A stretch of DNA of 14,707 bases from the NCBI GenBank assembly GCA_049424145.1, contig JBMSSC010000067.1, positions 1-14,707 of the forward strand, in the 5' to 3' direction. The notes under the pieces were generated by a model, which was given only the letters and a program-made list of their open reading frames with translations, did not search any database and was not told the origin of the DNA. Of this stretch, positions 8,459 to 14,707 are shown one piece after another (the first letter of the stretch is position 1; each line of letters begins with the position of its first letter). A program made the translations under genes and the position numbers. This DNA comes from Bdellovibrionia bacterium. GTDB taxonomy: Bacteria > Bdellovibrionota > UBA1018.

Positions 8459-8953
8459 CTAGGCTTTGGGTTCATTCTTTCGGGATTGAGTTCGAAGCTC
8501 ATGAAGAGAGGAACGCTTCATCTCAGCGACTTTCCCCATCACCATTCGTGCATTTTGCTCTAGAGTGCTTCGGGTCTTGGGCATCAATCCCTCCTTCATC
8601 TTCAATCGGTGGAAAAGAAAAACCAAAGCTCCGCCTCCGATTCCGGCACAAACCAGCGCCACAATCAGAGAACCCAATATGTAATTTCCGCCAAGCAAGT
8701 GACCTAGGCCCAGAACAAGAAAAGCAAGAAACGGAAACACACTGAGAACCAGACAGGAGCCAAAGGCTCCCGCTAAGAGGCTCTCCCGTCTGACCCAAAG
8801 CAGGGTTTCCCTCACCTCCAAACGAGCTAAAGCCACTTCACTTCGAATCAAACTCCGCAAACTCCCAAGCCACTCTCCTAGAGCACCACCCAGCGAATCA
8901 GGTGAACGTGATTGACGTGGATTTTGAGAGTCCTCAAATTGCGGTTGATCCAT
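8459..8953 (-). CDS. YqjE / Phage_holin_3_6 family membrane protein
   Basis: Family pattern 'SLGGALGEWLGSLRSLIRSEVALARLEV', two hydrophobic helices, then PKTRSTLEQN. Start moved from 8989 to ATG 8953, which has GGAGG 5 nt upstream. Confidence 0.82.
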   Translation of the reverse strand: MDQPQFEDSQNPRQSRSPDSLGGALGEWLGSLRSLIRSEVALARLEVRETLLWVRRESLLAGAFGSCLVLSVFPFLAFLVLGLGHLLGGNYILGSLIVALVCAGIGGGALVFLFHRLKMKEGLMPKTRSTLEQNARMVMGKVAEMKRSSLHELRTQSRKNEPKA

Positions 8954-8992
8954 GATGACCTCCAAGTCCAGCTCTGGATAAGGCCCCAATTT

Positions 8993-9008
8993 AGCAAAGA
9001 ATGGACCA
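8993..9008 (-). promoter_or_regulatory. Candidate sigma54 (-24/-12) promoter of the YqjE-like gene
   Basis: TGGTCC-ATTCT-TTGCT against consensus TGGCAC-N5-TTGCW, with exact GG-N10-GC spacing. Predicted start near 8982 gives a ~30-nt leader containing the SD. Confidence 0.5.
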
Positions 9009-9063
9009 CATCAGGCTGCCTCCTGGGCTACCTGGCTGAAGTTGGGGAGAACCCAAGCGGGGC

Positions 9064-9825
9064 TTAATGAGCCGTGGAGTCAAAATACACATACGGCCGC
9101 TTAGCGAGCTCCACTCGCAGTCGATCCTGCATCTTTCTTCGAATCCTCTTAGTGGTACTGAGGACCGAAGCAAAATCTGAAGAAGGACTGAGCTTTCCCT
9201 CATTCAGTCGGATGGGCTTTAGGAAAATCACCTTCCACTTGGCAGGAAGAGGAAGCAGATTCAGCGGAAGCGGAACTCTCAGCCCCTTTACCCAGGATGA
9301 GAAGTCCAGTTGACCCAAATTCACATGACTCTCTTCTGCGCCAATCACGAGCGTAGGAATAATGGGGGCCTGAGTCTCAAGAGAAAGTCTCACAAACCCG
9401 GTGTGAAAAGGCTGCAAATGGTACCTCTCACACGACGGCTTAAAATTACCCGTCTCGGCTTCTGGAAAAATGAGAAGGAGTTTTCCCTCCTGCAAGATAC
9501 GAATTCCACCCTGAATACTGGCTTTTTCTAAACCAAAACTCTGGGATACCTCCTTAATCAAGCGAAACGACTCAAAATAAGCACGATGCGCTAAAATCTT
9601 AGGAGCTCGCTTCAACCGACTGGAAATCAAATGGGATAAGACAACCGCATCGGCTCCTGCATATCCTGAATGATTCGGTGCGATCATGGCCGGGCCGCTA
9701 TCTGGAATATTCTCCAACCCTTCCACCTCAATACGAAAGTACCGACTGAGTCCTTCCGCAATATGAAACCAAAACTGCTCAATTTTAGGTCGATGAAGAA
9801 AATTGACCAATCCTTTGTATTCCAC
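9064..9825 (-). CDS. Lysophospholipid/glycerolipid acyltransferase (LPLAT superfamily, MGAT/TMEM68-like PlsC relative)
   Basis: EVEGLENIP..GPAMIAPNHSG....D, LIFPEA, FHTGFVRL..APIIP..VIGAEE and LPLPAKW motifs. The ORF-track GTG at 9837 lies inside the SD AGGAGGTGAT, so the start is moved to GTG 9825. Confidence 0.88.
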   Translation of the reverse strand: MEYKGLVNFLHRPKIEQFWFHIAEGLSRYFRIEVEGLENIPDSGPAMIAPNHSGYAGADAVVLSHLISSRLKRAPKILAHRAYFESFRLIKEVSQSFGLEKASIQGGIRILQEGKLLLIFPEAETGNFKPSCERYHLQPFHTGFVRLSLETQAPIIPTLVIGAEESHVNLGQLDFSSWVKGLRVPLPLNLLPLPAKWKVIFLKPIRLNEGKLSPSSDFASVLSTTKRIRRKMQDRLRVELAKRPYVYFDSTAH

Positions 9826-9900
9826 AGAAATAATCACCTCCTAGGGTGACAATGAGGCTCTTCATCAGCTCACCAATGAACCATCAGCTGATGCCGAGGG

Positions 9901-9929
9901 ACTCTAAGCGAATTTATTTCCGCTGTCAG
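9901..9929 (-). promoter_or_regulatory. Candidate sigma70 promoter of the acyltransferase (CTGACA-N17-TAGAGT)
   Basis: -35 at 9929-9924, -10 at 9906-9901, 17-nt spacer, AT-rich sequence upstream. Predicted start near 9894. Confidence 0.55.
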
Positions 9930-10124
9930 CCAAAATAAGAAAGATCCCGCATTTTTCTTCTGAAGTTTTTAAACTTATTTTATTTTTTTAGTAATTTTTC
10001 AAATCAAGAAAATGGTTTTTTTAAATCAAAACCGAATTGATCCACTTCAAAAAATAAAAAAGATTTGACTTCAACTGACAAAAATTAGAAAACTATAACC
10101 AGATTATTTTGCCTGGGGGAGGCG

Positions 10125-11882
10125 ATGATGGTCGATTCATGGGGAAACACAGACAACAAAAAAAATCATCCATGCTCAAAGGCAAAGAAGACGAAAGGCA
10201 CTCAGTTGAGTTTTCACATCGTCTCTTTTCTATTCGTCCTCACTCCTATTTTTCTCACCTCTGTTTTATTCGGCTGTAAGCCCATCACAAAAAGTGGCCT
10301 TTACGAAGGCTCGTTATTCACGCGCACTGAGTCAGAAGCAAAAAAGCAACCCGTTCGACTCGATCTCCAATTTACTGATCCTTACCACGGACAGCTCGAA
10401 GTCCGAGACCTTCATCAAACGATTCTTAAAACGATTCAAATTCATTGGGAACGCTCGCAGGATGCACTCACTCTTCACATCCCTGAGCTCACCACTGAAC
10501 CCATCCGACTCACCCGCTTCTCCGAAAGCGATCAAAAGAGCCTGAAATGCTACCAAGGAGGAAGCACCCCGCATCTCTCGCTTTGTCTTGAACCCCAAAA
10601 GCTATTTTTGCACGCATTCAATGAAACCACCCATGCCTTGGAGTTCTCTCTCACTGGAGATTTTGCTCCCCAACAGAAGGAGATGCCCTTTGAGGAACCA
10701 AAAACCTACTCCCTGAATGAAGCATCTCAGCTCATTCTGGAGAAAAACTTTGACTCACGAATTGAGTACCAAAAAGTCATTGAAGCCCGCGAAGCAGCCA
10801 AAGTGGCCCTCTTGAACCTTCTTCCTCATTTTTACTTCAAAGACCTCCTGGCGATTTCAAGCTTAAATCCAACGAGCATTGCCAATTACATTGCGGATTT
10901 TGTCCCCTTTGTCATTCCAACCCGTTGGCTCAAAGTAAAGCAAGCCAAAGACCTCAGGGAAGTGGAGGAAATCTCCCTAGCCATCCTCAAAGCAGATCTC
11001 ACCTACCAAATGAATAACTTGAGCTGGATTCTCAATCGAGATCGAAGCACGCTGGAGTACTATGAGCACGAAAAACTCAAGCTTGCGGAAGCTTACGCTC
11101 ACTCCTATCAAATTGGCGGTGATGACATTGGGCAACTCGGCAAACCCATTGACGAGCTTGAGTTTCGATTCTCTGTCGTTGGTAACTTCATTGATCAAGA
11201 AATCATTCGACTCGAGAATTCGGTTCTCCTGGATCGTACGGCACTCTCCCTCTCTCTGGGCTTTACGAACCCGATGAGTGTCGAAGGAATTCAAATTGAG
11301 AACGAATCCCTCAACCTTCAAGATGCCCAGGAAATGAGGGCCGATGAAGTGGCCAAAATGGCGCTTGAGCGATCCTTAGAGCTCAGGCAATTGGACTACC
11401 TCATTGACAATGCAACGAGACAAAAGCAAGAGTACTATTTTAATTGGCTAGATCCTGATGTTGCCCCGGCTATGAGCATCAGTACCAGCTTAGTTCCCCT
11501 CATCAGAAAAGCAAAAGCGATCATCAAGCAACTCTCCATTAAGCGAGAGAAAACCTACAGTGAAGTGGCTCAGAATGCAGAAAACGCCGTCATTAACTAC
11601 AATTACGCTCTAAAAGCCTTTAAGAAAGTTGAACAGGGACTGGGACGGCTTCAGGCTCGAGAACAGGACCTGTACCTTGAGATTCTCAGAGCCAATCACC
11701 CCGGAGACATCCGAATGCCTCCGGTCAACATTCAATGGGCCATTAGCACTGCTTTTCAGTTTAAGATTCAATTCTTTGACGCACTGGCACGAGCGCAGAT
11801 TGCTCGAGCCAAGATCAAACGAATGCTCTATGAAGATTATTATGCTCAATTAATGGTTCCAAAAGAAAACAAACTAGAGTAA
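10125..11882 (+). CDS. TolC/OEP-like outer-membrane lipoprotein with an extra N-terminal domain
   Basis: Hydrophobic stretch ending in the lipobox VLFG-C (Cys codon 10275). Two OEP-like helical repeats begin YSLNEASQLILEKN...LLNLLP and ADEVAKMALERSLELRQL...WLDP, and the protein ends ARAQIARAKIKRM. The start is uncertain: ATG 10128 after GGGGGAGG, or TTG 10206 giving a normal-length signal peptide. Confidence 0.7.
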   Translation: MMVDSWGNTDNKKNHPCSKAKKTKGTQLSFHIVSFLFVLTPIFLTSVLFGCKPITKSGLYEGSLFTRTESEAKKQPVRLDLQFTDPYHGQLEVRDLHQTILKTIQIHWERSQDALTLHIPELTTEPIRLTRFSESDQKSLKCYQGGSTPHLSLCLEPQKLFLHAFNETTHALEFSLTGDFAPQQKEMPFEEPKTYSLNEASQLILEKNFDSRIEYQKVIEAREAAKVALLNLLPHFYFKDLLAISSLNPTSIANYIADFVPFVIPTRWLKVKQAKDLREVEEISLAILKADLTYQMNNLSWILNRDRSTLEYYEHEKLKLAEAYAHSYQIGGDDIGQLGKPIDELEFRFSVVGNFIDQEIIRLENSVLLDRTALSLSLGFTNPMSVEGIQIENESLNLQDAQEMRADEVAKMALERSLELRQLDYLIDNATRQKQEYYFNWLDPDVAPAMSISTSLVPLIRKAKAIIKQLSIKREKTYSEVAQNAENAVINYNYALKAFKKVEQGLGRLQAREQDLYLEILRANHPGDIRMPPVNIQWAISTAFQFKIQFFDALARAQIARAKIKRMLYEDYYAQLMVPKENKLE

Positions 11883-11933
11883 TCAAAATAGCCTAAACCC
11901 AAGTGTTTACTAACCTTTTTGATCTGGCGATTG

Positions 11934-12629
11934 ATGCATCGGTTCACTCTTTTTCTGCTCAACTTCTTCGTAAGCGCAGTTCTCACTCCCCTGTGCTTCC
12001 TCTTCAGCGTTCCCTGTGCATGGGCTAAAAACGCAGATGACCTAAGGACACCTTTACCCCCAGTTCACACCTCAAGAGACGTCGAAGACGCTTTCCCGTG
12101 GCTGAACTCACCTGAGCTTTACTCTCCCGGGCAGCTCCTAACGGATGCCAACACCGGCCTCATCCAAATCACTTTGGGACGGCTTCTGACTCAGGTCGAC
12201 TCTCCCATTTTAGAAGAAGGGGATCCGTCTCCCATTCAATTCCAACCCAAACCGTTTTACACGCTGGTGAAACGCGCCGCACGAGGATCTTTGTGCCTTG
12301 ACCTTCTGACGCAGGCGGAGCTCGATCCCCATCTCGAGCAAGTGGTGATTGAATCGCTGGAATCCTTTGATCCACCTCTTTTGGATCAATCCCGTCGGCA
12401 AAACCCAGGCACTCCTCGAATTTTAATAAAAAAAATACGATCCAATCTGTACAAAGCCTACTTCTTAACGACCCACACGCATCAGCTCTTTCCTCATTTC
12501 TTATTCTTTGAGTTTTTAAACACGGGACGAATCAGCCCCTCGGATGAAATTGAAATTCAATCCATGAGTGAAGCCAGTAGCTTTAATGCTGTGTTAGAGG
12601 CCGTGTTAATCTACTCACTTTTGGAATAA
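11934..12629 (+). CDS. Hypothetical secreted protein
   Basis: Long ORF 51 nt downstream of the TolC-like gene. From ATG 11934, MHRFTLFLLNFFVSAVLTPLCFLFSVPCAWA|KN resembles a Sec/SPI signal peptide. No family recognised. Confidence 0.65.
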   Translation: MHRFTLFLLNFFVSAVLTPLCFLFSVPCAWAKNADDLRTPLPPVHTSRDVEDAFPWLNSPELYSPGQLLTDANTGLIQITLGRLLTQVDSPILEEGDPSPIQFQPKPFYTLVKRAARGSLCLDLLTQAELDPHLEQVVIESLESFDPPLLDQSRRQNPGTPRILIKKIRSNLYKAYFLTTHTHQLFPHFLFFEFLNTGRISPSDEIEIQSMSEASSFNAVLEAVLIYSLLE

Positions 12630-12634
12630 GGATT

Positions 12635-12821
12635 CATTTGACTGGTTTGGAGTGACGGGAATTGTCCCTCTAGCTTTGGAGTCCCTAAAAAGACTTCAGA
12701 GAAGAGTGGTTCGCCTGCAGAAGAAGGGATGGAGCTTCGGCACCAGAATCCAACGGATGAGACTTGGAATGTTGTAAAACCGGGCTTAACACCTGGAATG
12801 AGAGTCCAAGAGAGTCAAATG
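12635..12821 (+). ncRNA. Candidate structured RNA or structured 3' UTR, family unknown
   Basis: Closing stem CATTTGACT-GG-TTTGGA / TCCAAG-AG-AGTCAAATG encloses several hairpins, one with a C(UUCG)G loop. Folded by eye only. Confidence 0.3.
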
Positions 12822-12847
12822 GCGTTTCCCTTCAGAACCCTCCGGCT

Positions 12848-14707
12848 TTAGCCGTGGGTCGTCTCACTCAAAATGTCAATCATCTCCTCAGGAGAAAGCT
12901 CTGCTTGGAGAGCTCCGAGCTCTGCCGCCATTCTTGGCATGCCATAAACCGCGCACGTCTCCTCGGACTGACCCCAAGTGATGGCCCCGCGATCCTTCAG
13001 CTCCACCATTTCGCGAGCACCGTCATCTCCCATGCCCGTCAGAATCAATGCAATGGTCCTCTTGGAAATCCCCTCATCTAAAACGGAACGAAAGAGCCGA
13101 CTGATCGAGGGCTTAAACCGATTCACGCGAGGGCCATCCATTGGAGTTGCAAAAAATCGAAAGCCCCTTTTCTCAATGACTAAATGCAAATCGCCTGAGG
13201 CAAGGTAGGCGTGCCCTCTTTTGAGCTCTAGGCTCTCTCTGACTTCAAAAGTGGGCCTCCCACTTTCTCGCTCCAGTCGGCTAGCAAAAAGCCCCGTAAA
13301 GGCTTCCGTCATGTGCTGCACAATGAGGATGGGAGGGGAGTCCTTGGGCAGCCCCTGCAGCAATCGCGTGACCACCTCTGTTCCACCCGTGGAGGATCCA
13401 ATCACAATGAACTGATAGGCCTGAAGATCCACTGGTGGCACTCGTTTTTTTTGAGTTTGAGGTTGAGCGGAACCTCCTTGAGATTTGGACTGAATTAATT
13501 CATGGACCACGCCGGTGACCGCTCCCTTAAATTGAGCCCAATCCTCTGACTTGGGCTTTTGAAGATAAAAAGAAGCCCCCTGAGCTAACGAATCGAAAAC
13601 CAGATTTCCATCAGCCAGTGAGCACTCCGTCACCAAGGCACAACGGGTTTTCCTCAAGCGCTGCTTCAGCTCTGCATCGGCTTTTACTTCTTTTAATAAA
13701 TCTAATCCTGTTCCATCTTTTAATCGCAGATCCAGGGATATCAAATCCGGAACCTGCTTTCTCAGCGCTAAGACTGCTTCTTTCACTCCAGCGACCGCTC
13801 CCACGACTTGGACTCCTGCAATCTGACTATAGACTTCAACGAGCAGGCGTCGCATGCTCTCGGAGTCCTCCACCACGAGCACCTCAAATGATGGGGTTTT
13901 CTTCTCGGAGGAGGGGATCTGAACGGACCAGCCTTGAGAGACCACACGCTCCGTGCCTCCTCGAAAACGGTAGATGGAGTCACCCTCTAAGATCAACTCA
14001 GGAATAGAATTCCCAATGGACTCCGAGAGCCCGAGCACTAAAGATCCGCCAGGCTTCAAGTAGTTGAGCAGCTTTTGGCAGACCTGCACTCTTCGCTCGG
14101 GTGAGAAATAAATGAGCACATTTCTCAGAAAAATCACGTCAAAACGAAACTCCCCTGGCAACTGATCGGAGATGAGGTTCAGCTTCCTCCACTTCAGAGA
14201 CTCCTTTAACGCCCGATGAACCAGACCTGAGGGATCCACGAGTTGGGGAGAACTGCTCCTCAACCTCTCCAGCTGGGCTAAAAAGTCAGGATCACTGGGT
14301 TTCTCTTTTGCCTCCAAAATCGCTCGTTCACTGAGATCCGTGCCCAACACTCGGATGAGACTGGGATCCAGTCCCACTTTCAGACATAAGAAGAGCAAAC
14401 TGTAAGCTTCAAGCCCCGTTGAACACGCAGCCGACCAAAGATGAACTCGTTCTGATTTTCTGAGCTTCTGCTCCAATATAGGCTTTAATGCCTGAAAATG
14501 AACGAGTTCACGAAACCACTCCGTCTTATGAGTGGTCAATCGCTCCACACATCGCTGAGCCTCTACAGGATCACGCAACAGGATCTGCAGGTAAGCCTGA
14601 AGATCTTTTGCCCCTAAATCTCCCATGCGATCCCGGAGCCGATTCTGAAGAAAGGCCCATTTCTGTTGCCCGAGGGTGAGGCCCGTGTGAGTCTCTAACC
14701 AGTGTGC
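12848..14707 (-). CDS. CheR methyltransferase - receiver - CheB methylesterase fusion, 5' end outside the window
   Basis: CheR motifs TTHKTEWFRE, WSAACSTGLEAYS, GTDLS, FDVIFLRNVLIYF and LKPGG. REC motifs VLVVEDS, ISLD, VT and QKP. CheB triad motifs GSSTGG, VQHM and LTGMGDDGA. The frame stays open for 27 codons upstream of ATG 14626 to the edge and reads AHWLETHTGLTLGQQKWAFLQNRLRDR, a CheR N-terminal domain sequence. Confidence 0.93.
   Translation of the reverse strand, partial: AHWLETHTGLTLGQQKWAFLQNRLRDRMGDLGAKDLQAYLQILLRDPVEAQRCVERLTTHKTEWFRELVHFQALKPILEQKLRKSERVHLWSAACSTGLEAYSLLFLCLKVGLDPSLIRVLGTDLSERAILEAKEKPSDPDFLAQLERLRSSSPQLVDPSGLVHRALKESLKWRKLNLISDQLPGEFRFDVIFLRNVLIYFSPERRVQVCQKLLNYLKPGGSLVLGLSESIGNSIPELILEGDSIYRFRGGTERVVSQGWSVQIPSSEKKTPSFEVLVVEDSESMRRLLVEVYSQIAGVQVVGAVAGVKEAVLALRKQVPDLISLDLRLKDGTGLDLLKEVKADAELKQRLRKTRCALVTECSLADGNLVFDSLAQGASFYLQKPKSEDWAQFKGAVTGVVHELIQSKSQGGSAQPQTQKKRVPPVDLQAYQFIVIGSSTGGTEVVTRLLQGLPKDSPPILIVQHMTEAFTGLFASRLERESGRPTFEVRESLELKRGHAYLASGDLHLVIEKRGFRFFATPMDGPRVNRFKPSISRLFRSVLDEGISKRTIALILTGMGDDGAREMVELKDRGAITWGQSEETCAVYGMPRMAAELGALQAELSPEEMIDILSETTHG

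Noticed and set aside
8399..8489. 11-bp inverted repeat TCAATCCCGAA / TTCGGGATTGA
   Set aside because: The arms are 69 nt apart and one lies in coding sequence; a match of this size at this range is plausible by chance in 14.7 kb.
8161..8745. 194-aa + strand ORF, and 8151..8414 on the minus strand
   Set aside because: They run across the tRNA gene (and, for the + ORF, antisense to the holin-family gene). 'MVGSTGIEPATP' is the typical translation of an antisense tRNA.
8459..8953. Holin as evidence of a prophage or lysis cassette
   Set aside because: No endolysin, spanin or structural genes are present, and this family is commonly chromosomal.
9906..9922. GG-N10-GC (CGGAAATAAATTCGCT) as a sigma54 promoter for the acyltransferase
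   Set aside because: Poor match outside the dinucleotides; the overlapping sigma70 candidate fits better.
12800..12819. Short repeats GAGAGTCCAA/GAGAGTCAAA here and CCTGAGT x2 at 8133-8146 as CRISPR or tandem arrays
   Set aside because: Only two short copies each, with no spacers and no cas genes.
12764..14679. + strand ORFs antisense to the CheR-CheB fusion (e.g. 12764..13081, 13618..14007)
   Set aside because: No recognisable motifs; they are shadows of a well-supported gene. The same applies to 4177..4563 and 10977..11321.

Overview
Bacterial chromosomal window made mostly of housekeeping genes. Left: a classical (o-succinylbenzoate pathway) menaquinone operon on the minus strand, menF-menD-menH-menB-menA; menA runs off the left edge and is missing from the ORF track. 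Divergent from it are a stand-alone class I-beta DAHP synthase, ubiE/menG and a DUF1504-type putative Na+/H+ antiporter. Middle: tRNA-Val(GAC) with a clear sigma70 promoter, a YqjE/phage-holin-family membrane protein with a candidate sigma54 promoter, and an MGAT/PlsC-like acyltransferase whose leader can occlude its own Shine-Dalgarno (SD) sequence. Right: an orphan TolC-like lipoprotein with an extra N-terminal domain, a secreted hypothetical protein, a ~187-nt intergenic segment that folds by eye into a multi-hairpin RNA, and a CheR-REC-CheB fusion that is open to the right edge. No transposase, integrase, CRISPR array or prophage was seen. A Bdellovibrionota/deltaproteobacteria-like host is a tentative inference from gene content only. 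The best leads are the CheR-REC-CheB fusion, the candidate structured RNA, the atypical TolC pair and the DAHP synthase with a KMRS motif.
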